A DNA stretch of 28,573 nucleotides from a virus (IMGVR_UViG_3300038393_000605:1-28573), one strand, 5' to 3'. Positions 18,194 to 25,410 are shown, counted from the stretch's first letter. Numbers and translations are program-made. Notes: generated from the letters alone by a model not told the origin.

Positions 18194-18544
18194 ATGACCC
18201 TTCCCCTGTCGCCGGAAATGGTCGAGGCGGCCTATGAATTTCTGCGGGCAACGCCGCCGTTCAACCGCTGGAAACTACCGCCCGCCGACGAGGTGATTTT
18301 CCACGTCACGGCATCCCACGGCTACGCCGGGATGTATTCGAACGACGGCAAGCACGAGATCTTCATATCCGTGCATTACGTGGGGTTCACAGACACGCTG
18401 TTGCGCGTCTTGGCACATGAGATCGCACACATGCGCCAGTTCCTCGGTGGGGTGAAGTCAGCGACCTTGCCGCACAACAAGGCGTTCCGCGATCTGACGG
18501 CGCGGGTGTCCAAGTATCACGGCTTCGATCCCAAGGAGCTGTAA
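18194..18544 (+). CDS. SprT-like zinc metalloprotease domain protein
   Basis: LAHEIAH (HExxH) and a downstream HNKAF. Confidence 0.75.
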   Translation: MTLPLSPEMVEAAYEFLRATPPFNRWKLPPADEVIFHVTASHGYAGMYSNDGKHEIFISVHYVGFTDTLLRVLAHEIAHMRQFLGGVKSATLPHNKAFRDLTARVSKYHGFDPKEL

Positions 18545-18954
18545 TGGATCGCGCCTTACTCCGCTCTGAGTTGATCCGAGACGAAGGCCGCAAGCTGAAG
18601 CCCTACCGGGACACGCTCGGGATTCTCACCATCGGCGTGGGTCGGAATCTGGAACAGCGCGGCATCAGCCAAGCCACCTCGGATCAAATGCTGGATGAGG
18701 ACATAGGCATTGCAGAATCGGAATTAGACCAGAACGCCCCATGGTGGCGCTCGCTCTCCGATTCCCGGCAGAGGGGAATTCTCAATATGGCCTTCAATAT
18801 GGGCTGGCCCCGGCTATCAGGCTTCAGGGCCATGCTTTCCGCGCTTCAGACTGGGGAATTCGAAAAAGCCGCTACCGAAGCCCTGAACAGCAAATGGGCG
18901 GGGCAGGTGGGCGACAGGGCGAAGCGGATAGCGGAGATGTTCCGTGCTGGATAG
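18544..18954 (+). CDS. endolysin, T4-type lysozyme (GH24)
   Basis: DEG....YRDTLG..TIGVG catalytic E/D/T pattern, NMAFNMG and SKWA.QVG.RA. Confidence 0.92.
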   Translation: MDRALLRSELIRDEGRKLKPYRDTLGILTIGVGRNLEQRGISQATSDQMLDEDIGIAESELDQNAPWWRSLSDSRQRGILNMAFNMGWPRLSGFRAMLSALQTGEFEKAATEALNSKWAGQVGDRAKRIAEMFRAG

Positions 18955-18992
18955 CAAAACGGCCGGTGGCAAAAGTCGCCCAACCGGCCGTT
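18954..18992 (-). terminator. terminator for the antisense RNA transcript (may be bidirectional)
   Basis: Minus strand CGGCCGGT..ACCGGCCG stem followed by TTTTGCT. Confidence 0.6.
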
Positions 18993-19071
18993 CGCTGGCA
19001 TCTCCTAGTGAGGGCGCTGCCGACCCACCGGCATTTAACCGCTGCCGACTTAACCGCCCCGAGGGGCTACG

Positions 19072-19158
19072 TGCTGCGGGCCAATGCAACCCCGGCTTTC
19101 GCCTTCGTGCGCCTATCACCTCGCGGTGAGGGGCCATTGAGTTAAGCGCCCCCGCAGC
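19072..19158 (-). ncRNA. tRNA-like structured RNA 1 (no canonical anticodon arm)
   Basis: Closing stem GCTGCGG/CCGCAGC plus A; hairpins GGGC/GCCC, TCACC-GCGA-GGTGA, and GGC-GAAA-GCC or GCCGG-7nt-TTGGC; starts at the predicted +1 of a promoter. Confidence 0.6.
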
Positions 19159-19164
19159 ACACGA

Positions 19165-19194
19165 ATTATACCCATAAACACAGGACAACTGCAA
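19165..19194 (-). promoter_or_regulatory. sigma70 promoter for RNA 1
   Basis: TTGCAG-N18-TATAAT (perfect -10 at 19170-19165). Confidence 0.7.
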
Positions 19195-19514
19195 TGCTCG
19201 GCCTCAGCATCATCGACAAGATTCTCGGCATTGGCGAAACCGCCGCCGATCGGTTGATCCCAGACAAGAACAAGGCCCAAGCCGACGCCCATGAAGAGCG
19301 GGATAAGCAAATCGACGCCACCACCGAAGGCGAGAAGGCGAGGAACTATTACACGCCCCGCGCCATCATCCTGTATGCCATGGCCTTCTCTGTGGTGTAC
19401 GGAGTGGTCGTCCAGCCGTTCCTAAAGGCGTTCGGGCTCAACGCCCCGATTGTGGACTACGCGGCCCCGCTCAGGATTCTGTTGGGCCTGTTGGGGCTGG
19501 ATCTGGCGGGGTAG
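19194..19514 (+). CDS. holin-like membrane protein (GTA 3TM-holin-like)
   Basis: DRLIPDK..AQ, PRAII, hydrophobic segments and LLGLLGL; AGGA RBS; follows the endolysin. Confidence 0.65.
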   Translation: MLGLSIIDKILGIGETAADRLIPDKNKAQADAHEERDKQIDATTEGEKARNYYTPRAIILYAMAFSVVYGVVVQPFLKAFGLNAPIVDYAAPLRILLGLLGLDLAG

Positions 19515-19595
19515 GGCGCTGCGGTACTCATGCAAGCTACGGTCGCCGCAGCGCGGAGCCGTGGACAGGGGCGCGACCTAGCGCCGGTTGAGTGT

Positions 19596-19691
19596 TGCTG
19601 CTGGCCGGGCGCCCCCCCCCCGGCATCTCTTGGGCCTTCCGGCTTAATTACCCTCTCGGGTGTGACGGGTGGCCGTTCCGTCCTCAGCGGC
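19596..19691 (-). ncRNA. tRNA-like structured RNA 2
   Basis: Closing stem GCCGCTG/CAGCAGC (one mismatch) plus A; hairpins GACGG/CCGTC, ACCC-GAGA-GGGT, GCC-GGAA-GGC and GCCGGG/CCCGGC; starts at the predicted +1. Confidence 0.55.
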
Positions 19692-19697
19692 CCCAAG

Positions 19698-19726
19698 AAT
19701 ATCGCAGAATCACCGGAATCCGTCTA
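19698..19726 (-). promoter_or_regulatory. sigma70-like promoter for RNA 2
   Basis: TAGACG-N17-GATATT with an extended -10 TG. Confidence 0.5.
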
Positions 19727-19939
19727 CGCCCTCGGCTCTGCTTTGCTTGTGAATTTCAGGAACACCCTCCCTCGCTTCCCACACTCACACCGAGCCTTGA
19801 TCCTCTCCACCGGGAAGCCCTCCCCTCTGGATACAGCCAGAGCCAGAGCATCCAATTTCCGTTCTCTCCCACAGGAATCGCAGCTAGCCCATATCTCGAA
19901 GAATCCCATGAGGGCGTGTTTGAGGAGGGCGGGTTGCAT
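19724..19939 (-). CDS. small Zn-ribbon protein
   Basis: 71 aa with CDSCGR and RCECGKR; TAGAAT -10 box 8 nt before the ATG. Confidence 0.7.
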   Translation of the reverse strand: MQPALLKHALMGFFEIWASCDSCGRERKLDALALAVSRGEGFPVERIKARCECGKRGRVFLKFTSKAEPRA

Positions 19940-19968
19940 GGCCAGAAATTCTACCCGGCCCCGTTTGC

Positions 19969-19983
19969 GAACGCCTGGGGAAC
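19969..19983 (-). promoter_or_regulatory. alphaproteobacterial LexA (SOS) box
   Basis: GTTC-CCCAGGC-GTTC, an exact GTTC-N7-GTTC, covering the -35 position of the TAGAAT promoter (19953-19948). Confidence 0.75.
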
Positions 19984-19997
19984 AGCATGACCGGATC

Positions 19998-20133
19998 GCG
20001 TTTTTGGGCCAGGAAAACGCATTGAAACAAAAGGCCGCGCTCTGAAACCATAGCTACCGTCATCTTTGTAGATCAGTCGCTTGCAGACTAGTTTCCCGCG
20101 TTTTCCTGAGAGCGTTTTCCGCCGATTGAAACG
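19998..20133. other. probable attP region
   Basis: At the 3' end of the integrase gene; GGAAAACGC repeats at 20012-20020 (+) and 20098-20106, 20112-20120 (-); ATTGAAAC at 20021 and 20125; core not identified. Confidence 0.55.
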
Positions 20134-21131
20134 ACCGTTCCGGACTGCATCGAAGCCCACCAGCGTGTGTAGGCATTGATCGCAAGTTGCTTGGTCCGGG
20201 CCGCGTAGCGCGACATCGCCACACCCTTCACCATTGCATGCCCGGTAATCGAGGCGGCTTCGATATCCGTGCAACCGGATTCCAGCATCCGGGTAACGGC
20301 CGTTCCTCGCAAATCGTGGAAGTGCAGGTCGGCATCGATTCCGGCCTTGGCCTTGATCCTCTCACATCGCCGCCGCATGTTGCTCCCGATCCACGGGACA
20401 CCGGCATCGGTGGATAGGATGAACTCTGTATGCCTTTGGCATGAGTCTATGACGGCCTTGAGTGGCGGGAAGGCATAAACCGGCAGGTGGACCCATACCC
20501 CTGTCTTGCGCTTCGTTTTTGAGGGCTGGAAGGTCAGCCAACCATCCTGATACTGGCTCCATCGCAGTTGGGCCAAATCCGCTTGCCGGGCGGCCGTATA
20601 AAGAGCCATCAGAAACAGGCGCCGAACATCTGGAGGGGCTATTCCCAAAAAGGCGGTTTCATGCTCGGGGAGCCAAATGCAATCGGCTCGCAGGGCCCCG
20701 CTAGGTGAAAGTCTCGGTATCCCCCGAGCGTGATCCGCCTCCAGCACGGCCCGTTCGTAAGCGAAGGCACAGAGGGTTTTCAGGACGCTTATCAGCCGGT
20801 CCGCCTTGACTGGAGTTTCGGCGTGAGAATCCCTCAGCTCGTAGAATTTCGAGCGTGCCTTCCGGTCTGCCAGATCGGAAAACCGCATCCACCACAATTT
20901 ATCTTCAATCAGGCTGACATAGTGGCGGATCGCCTTTTGCCACGTTGGGGAATTTGCCTTGAACTCAGGCGAGGTGAAATAGGCTATGGCGATTTGGTGG
21001 ATCGCATTTGCGCCCCGAATCTTAGCCTGCGATATCTCCTTGGCCTGGAGATCGTAACGATATTCCTTAACCGACCCGTCCGCGAGGCGGCGGCGGACGA
21101 TCTTGATTCGCGGCCCACCGTTCTCGTGCAT
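20088..21131 (-). CDS. int: tyrosine recombinase/integrase
   Basis: Catalytic set R (TAARQAD), K (SKT), HxxR (FHDLR), H (ITGH) and Y (SRYA). Confidence 0.93.
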   Translation of the reverse strand: MHENGGPRIKIVRRRLADGSVKEYRYDLQAKEISQAKIRGANAIHQIAIAYFTSPEFKANSPTWQKAIRHYVSLIEDKLWWMRFSDLADRKARSKFYELRDSHAETPVKADRLISVLKTLCAFAYERAVLEADHARGIPRLSPSGALRADCIWLPEHETAFLGIAPPDVRRLFLMALYTAARQADLAQLRWSQYQDGWLTFQPSKTKRKTGVWVHLPVYAFPPLKAVIDSCQRHTEFILSTDAGVPWIGSNMRRRCERIKAKAGIDADLHFHDLRGTAVTRMLESGCTDIEAASITGHAMVKGVAMSRYAARTKQLAINAYTRWWASMQSGTVVSIGGKRSQENAGN

Positions 21132-21363
21132 CGAAATCCCCCCCGCTACCTGTCAACCGTTCATCTAGGGCCCTATCCAGCCCAATTCGATCCCACAATT
21201 TACGCCGAGTCCCGGCCAATGAAATAGCCCTCGGGAACGTCCCGGCTCCGACTTCTTCTGTAAAGGCGTTCTTGGACAGCCCGCAGTAAGCAGCCGCCTG
21301 CTCCCGGGAGAGCAAACGCGGCCAGTCTGGTAGATCGGCTATATCGGCCTTGCGGGCGGTCAT
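21067..21363 (-). CDS. excisionase-like HTH protein
   Basis: PRLLSREQAAAYCGLS...F, FP.A and WDR..LD..LD; overlaps the integrase start; alternative start at 21399. Confidence 0.82.
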   Translation of the reverse strand: MTARKADIADLPDWPRLLSREQAAAYCGLSKNAFTEEVGAGTFPRAISLAGTRRKLWDRIGLDRALDERLTGSGGDFDARERWAANQDRPPPPRGRVG

Positions 21364-21383
21364 CCTAGTCTCAGGTGTGTTGG

Positions 21384-21575
21384 TTACTGGCCGGGCCATT
21401 GCAGGGCGTCCGCATCACCCTTGAACACCATCCATGCCGCCTTGAATCGGCCGAACAGTGTGTAGAAGGGCAGCGGGCGAGCCGGGACATATCGCCCGTC
21501 AGGCAAGCCAGCTCCGACGTGCTTCGCGTCCTCGATTACGTCCAGAACGTAAACGATGCCTGGGTATTTCCTCAT
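21384..21575 (-). CDS. hypothetical phage protein
   Basis: ATG 21575 coupled to the upstream stop; YVPARP....RFKAAW.VF.G.ADA..W. Confidence 0.7.
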   Translation of the reverse strand: MRKYPGIVYVLDVIEDAKHVGAGLPDGRYVPARPLPFYTLFGRFKAAWMVFKGDADALQWPGQ

Positions 21576-21808
21576 TGCCCCGAGCCCTCCTTCATTACCG
21601 GGACAGACACAAGGCCGGCGGTGCGGAGGTAGGCGCGGATTGAAAGCATCGCAACGCGAACGCTTGCTGGGTGCAGTTTCCCCCGGCAGCACTTTCCAGA
21701 CGCATCGCAAGATGCGCCATTCGGCTCATCGCACCAGATGCCCTGATCGAAACACACGTCACGGACGGCAGCCTCCAGCGCCTTCTCATCCAGTTCCACC
21801 TCAGCCAT
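21572..21808 (-). CDS. hypothetical Cys-rich phage protein
   Basis: LDEKALEAA...IRAYL framing; GGAG RBS; coupled on both sides. Confidence 0.65.
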   Translation of the reverse strand: MAEVELDEKALEAAVRDVCFDQGIWCDEPNGASCDASGKCCRGKLHPASVRVAMLSIRAYLRTAGLVSVPVMKEGSGQ

Positions 21809-21989
21809 GGTCAGCTCCGTCCTTGGGTTTGTGCTCGCCGCACCCGCCGCCCGGCAGCGTCATTGGGGCTCGTGCCGCGAACTGCCCGTATCAAAAGTCG
21901 GCAGCGACGATTTTCAGGCGATGGCAGCGGACGAGACGACCGTCGTTCGCAATGCCCCACATCTTCACAGCCCTCACCTTCCCGGCCAT
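21801..21989 (-). pseudogene. small Cys/His protein gene with an in-frame TGA
   Basis: 63 codons coupled to both neighbours; TGA at 21893-21891 separates RCHR from CGEHKP. Confidence 0.55.
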
Positions 21990-22343
21990 TTACCTGTCCT
22001 CACGTTCTGCCGGAGAGCGTGGTGTGCCACCCGCGAGCGCGGCCATTATCTCATCGAGCAGCGTGGCGCAGATATGCGTGCCGCCAGATCGGCCGCATGC
22101 CTTGCGCATGTTGCGCAGTTCTCCGAGCAGCCCGCCGTCAGGCGCGGCGCCGGCGTCCAGCACCCTTACCGGCACCACTCGGAATCCACCCCGCTTAATC
22201 GCGGTCCACGGCTGCCCGCGCACACGCTCGGCGTAGGCGACGGATTGGTGTCGGTAGTAGAAAATCGAACCCCCAATGATCCCGATTGCTGGGTCGGCAA
22301 CATTGACGACCGCAAACATACGACGAGGCTTTACGTTTTTCAT
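21990..22343 (-). CDS. hypothetical protein
   Basis: 117 aa; GAGG RBS; ATGA coupling. Confidence 0.6.
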   Translation of the reverse strand: MKNVKPRRMFAVVNVADPAIGIIGGSIFYYRHQSVAYAERVRGQPWTAIKRGGFRVVPVRVLDAGAAPDGGLLGELRNMRKACGRSGGTHICATLLDEIMAALAGGTPRSPAEREDR

Positions 22344-22837
22344 TTACGCCTGTCCTCACGTTCTGATGGGGCGGCGGCGATCATCCGGCGGTATGCCACG
22401 CTGGCGTATGTTTCATTGTCGATGTCGTCGAAGCCGTCGCGCCGGTCCTCGTTCAACTTGCCGACACTATCCGCGCCAGCCTCTATCATTTCATCGGTCG
22501 GCTCTTTCGGCACCAGCACGAACCCCTCCGCCACCGGGCGTGAGAGGGCGCGGGTGATGCTCATGACGCACTTTCCGGGCGGGATGCCCCACTCGCCGCC
22601 AGAGGTGAGGTAGATGACGCGGACGAGCGTTTCGCGTCCGGTGTAGGACGTGTCATCAGGGTTCCACTCGCGCAGGTGCAGAATGTCGCCTTCCGTAAAA
22701 TGGCGATCCTGGTCCCGAATCTCGTGCAGCTTCCGCCCGTCGATGACGGCCTGAAACGGCTTCGGCCACGTTTTCAATTCGTGGACGTGATGGGACTTCG
22801 CCAGCGCCAGCACGTCGGCCTCGGTGTTGGTGGTCAT
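22340..22837 (-). CDS. ASCH/PUA-like DUF3850 domain fused to a VPKEPT..M module
   Basis: HELK.WP..F.AV..GRK..EIR..DR.F..GD.L.LREW...YTGR, then GFVLVPKEPTDEM..AG..Y..MIAAAP. Confidence 0.82.
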   Translation of the reverse strand: MTTNTEADVLALAKSHHVHELKTWPKPFQAVIDGRKLHEIRDQDRHFTEGDILHLREWNPDDTSYTGRETLVRVIYLTSGGEWGIPPGKCVMSITRALSRPVAEGFVLVPKEPTDEMIEAGADSVGKLNEDRRDGFDDIDNETYASVAYRRMIAAAPSEREDRRK

Positions 22838-22845
22838 GCCCGCTC

Positions 22846-23229
22846 CTAGTCCGGAAAAACGTTGTGGAAGTTCGTGGCGTCCGTCCGGTTGATGTAGCCA
22901 TCCTTCCGAAAAGCGCTCGGCGGCATCGTCTTTTTCAGCCAGCCGTCAATCATGCGGTGATCGACCACTTGGCTCGTCGCGTCGATGAAGAGCAGCTTGT
23001 GCCCATCGATCTCTGCCGTGAACAGCGAGACGCAGACCGGCATCCCGCCGAGGTTGCCGATAGTCTCCATCAGTCCACGGCTGTTCCCCGTCCATTTCAG
23101 CGGCTTCTCCCGACGCCGGTTTTCGGCCCACAGCATGTGCTGCGCATAGGAGTCGGCTTCCACGACGCCGACAACGCCGGATAGGAACTTGGCCATCTCG
23201 CCATCCACGGCCTCGGTGTTGGTGGTCAT
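22846..23229 (-). CDS. hypothetical protein
   Basis: 127 aa; GAGGAG RBS; host-like codon usage. Confidence 0.7.
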   Translation of the reverse strand: MTTNTEAVDGEMAKFLSGVVGVVEADSYAQHMLWAENRRREKPLKWTGNSRGLMETIGNLGGMPVCVSLFTAEIDGHKLLFIDATSQVVDHRMIDGWLKKTMPPSAFRKDGYINRTDATNFHNVFPD

Positions 23230-23448
23230 CTAGCGTTTCTCCTCGGGCTTTGCGGTGGGGTCAGGGTGCGTCTGGGCGTGAAACTTTCCGTCCGCCGCCG
23301 CCACAAATACTTTTGCCTCCTCGATGGTCACAAGCTCGCTGCCGCAGTCGAGGCAGATGACGGCCGCCGGCGGATAGGATGCGGTAGGTCCTTCCTGCCG
23401 GAGCCCTTTGCGAGTGTGGTTGCAACCGCCGTCGATGAACGTCGTCAT
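23230..23448 (-). CDS. hypothetical Zn-binding protein
   Basis: ATG 23448 coupled to the upstream stop; CNH and CLDCG. Confidence 0.6.
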   Translation of the reverse strand: MTTFIDGGCNHTRKGLRQEGPTASYPPAAVICLDCGSELVTIEEAKVFVAAADGKFHAQTHPDPTAKPEEKR

Positions 23449-23636
23449 TCCTTCTGCTCCTTGGATGCGCCACCCTCGATGCAAGTTGTCCGGGTGCCCT
23501 CTTTGAAGCCCGGCGCGATAGTTGCCCGGACCTGAACTGCGGCAGACTCACATGCCGCCTTGGACACGAAGGGCGCGAAGGCAATCGTCGGCTCGCGCCA
23601 TGCGACAAAGACGAAGAGAACCCATGTCGTCATCAC
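23445..23636 (-). CDS. small phage protein
   Basis: Hydrophobic N-terminus and F.SKAACE.A..C motif. Confidence 0.6.
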   Translation of the reverse strand: MMTTWVLFVFVAWREPTIAFAPFVSKAACESAAVQVRATIAPGFKEGTRTTCIEGGASKEQKE

Positions 23637-23638
23637 CG

Positions 23639-24808
23639 CTACCCCTTCGCCGGCGACGAGAGGGCGGCGGCACGAGAATGAGCGGGGGCTGTATCACCAA
23701 CATCGCGCCATATATGTTGGCAGATGCGATGCATCGTCCCGCTCATTAGTGTGTCGCGGACAATCTCGGCGTCTCTGTGGCGAGCAAAGCGGACGGCCTC
23801 AAGATGTTTAGGCGTCCAGCTACTTCCGTGCAGATTGGCGCACCAGTAAGTGGGAGCGCTCACGTCGCTGCTCGCTCGCTCGATCACCCAACCCACTTCC
23901 TCCCCCGTCCCCGTCGAGGGGAGGGCGGCAGCAAGGTCGCGGAGCATGTCGTTGAGGGGCTTTTCCCAACCGAGCGTGGTGTCGTCGGTCCCGTCGAGGA
24001 AATCCCTCAGCTTGTCGAACAGGTCGCTCATCTCCTTGAAGTGCTCGGCGGTAATGAGAAATTCGGTCGGTGACCATTCCTCGCTGTCGTCGAGCGCGTG
24101 CCACGCCTCATGCACGATGGCGTAAACGAGCGGCAGCACAGTCTCCGCCCGCTCCCGCAGCGCCGCTGTGTCCGGCGAGGGAATGGGCGCGGTAACAGTG
24201 GCGTCGATCTCGGCGATGCGATCTCGCACACGGCCGTCCGCCACAGAGCCGTGCCCGTAGCTGTTCACCAAGGCATTGCGTTCGTCCAGCAGCGCCTCTC
24301 GCGTGGGTGCAGGGCTGGCGGGGGCGCGGTCAACGGCCTCAACGCATTGCCCCGCCAACGCCTCGCACAGCGCCTTCTCGGGCACGTCGTCGCGGAAGTT
24401 ACAGGCGAACACCGTGAACTTGTCGGCACACTCCAGCAGGAGCGTTTTCACGTCGGCGGGCAACTCCCCCGCCTTCGTCTCGGTCGTCTGCGCGGATGGT
24501 GCGGCGGCCTCCGCTGGGGCGGAGAGGTCAATCGTCGCCACCAACTCAGCGATTGTCTCCCGCTCGATAGAGCCCTCTGGGAAGCGGCCGCCAATTACGA
24601 TTGCCCGCTCGCGCATAGATAGCCCGGGGTGGAGAACAGAGTCGGTAACTTCCTCCGCTGGAGCGGAGAGAGCGGCGCAGAGGCGGTCGAGAACGTCGCA
24701 AACGTCAATCCATTTGCTCCTTTCGCCCGAATAATATTCGAACGACCCGAGACGCTTCTTTGCCTCTCGCGCTTCCTTCACCAGCGCATCTATGGTCTGC
24801 TCGGTCAT
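23639..24808 (-). CDS. mosaic multi-module early protein
   Basis: 389 aa of short domains joined by AALSAPAE, PASPAP and AALPST linkers; C-terminal WVIE...YW...W....AVRFAR..DAE module. Confidence 0.75.
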   Translation of the reverse strand: MTEQTIDALVKEAREAKKRLGSFEYYSGERSKWIDVCDVLDRLCAALSAPAEEVTDSVLHPGLSMRERAIVIGGRFPEGSIERETIAELVATIDLSAPAEAAAPSAQTTETKAGELPADVKTLLLECADKFTVFACNFRDDVPEKALCEALAGQCVEAVDRAPASPAPTREALLDERNALVNSYGHGSVADGRVRDRIAEIDATVTAPIPSPDTAALRERAETVLPLVYAIVHEAWHALDDSEEWSPTEFLITAEHFKEMSDLFDKLRDFLDGTDDTTLGWEKPLNDMLRDLAAALPSTGTGEEVGWVIERASSDVSAPTYWCANLHGSSWTPKHLEAVRFARHRDAEIVRDTLMSGTMHRICQHIWRDVGDTAPAHSRAAALSSPAKG

Positions 24809-25053
24809 GGCTGGGCCTCGGAGGGGAAGTGGTGCGCTTGACGTAGGGCAGCCTCAAGGTCGCCAGCCTGCGGCCAGCGCACCGCGGCGACACCTCTCCC
24901 GTTGTTGTCGAAGCCCTTGAGAACGGCCCACGCATCGCGGAGCCGGTCAAACAGTCCGCCCATAAAAGGCAATGGCACGGCGCAACGCGGACCGACTGGC
25001 GTTAGGGACTGCGTTTCAGCATTGCCGATCATGTCGTAGAGACTGTGGATCAT
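24805..25053 (-). CDS. hypothetical protein, paralogue of 21384-21575
   Basis: PLPF..LF.RL..AW.V.KG..A..WP. Confidence 0.65.
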   Translation of the reverse strand: MIHSLYDMIGNAETQSLTPVGPRCAVPLPFMGGLFDRLRDAWAVLKGFDNNGRGVAAVRWPQAGDLEAALRQAHHFPSEAQP

Positions 25054-25325
25054 CGTCCATCCTCATCGGTGCGGGGGAATTGGGTGCGGTGGACGGCTAG
25101 GGCGTAGCGGGCAGTTCGCTTTGCCGCATCGAAGAACTGAGATTCGTTGCCTATCCAGTCCAATTCGGCCGCCATCGCCTCGGCGCGCCTCTCCAGCTCT
25201 CGGGCGTAGCCTGTGACCAGCCGCCGGTCGTTGCTCGACAGACCGAGGCCCGGTGTCACGGCCAGCTTGGCGAGAATCCGCCGCGCCTCTCGCACCTCTT
25301 CCGGTGTCATCGGGGCCTCAGCCAT
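25050..25325 (-). CDS. hypothetical protein
   Basis: 91 aa; coupled to both neighbours. Confidence 0.6.
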   Translation of the reverse strand: MAEAPMTPEEVREARRILAKLAVTPGLGLSSNDRRLVTGYARELERRAEAMAAELDWIGNESQFFDAAKRTARYALAVHRTQFPRTDEDGR

Positions 25326-25410
25326 TGGCGGTATCCCGAGCCTTGAGGGCGGCGATGGCCAGCGCGAGCGCGGGTGTTGCCGCGGCGGCGGCCTTCTGTT
25401 CTGTGGTCAT
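25318..25410 (-). CDS. 30-aa remnant ORF (ATPALALAIAALKAR)
   Basis: ATG 25410 to TGA 25318; coupled on both sides; not in the supplied ORF track. Confidence 0.5.
   Translation of the reverse strand: MTTEQKAAAAATPALALAIAALKARDTANG

Noticed and set aside
18944-19129. 61-aa + strand ORF as a spanin
   Set aside because: No TM segment or lipobox; the region is better explained by a structured RNA and terminator
19072-19158. Canonical tRNA gene (GGGCGCTTAACTCAATGG resembles a tRNA 5' end)
   Set aside because: No D-stem partner, no 7-nt anticodon loop, no TTCRA and no CCA; kept only as tRNA-like
19630-19690. Hammerhead ribozyme (CTGAGGA on the minus strand)
   Set aside because: No GAAA after a stem II and no compatible stem III/NUH site
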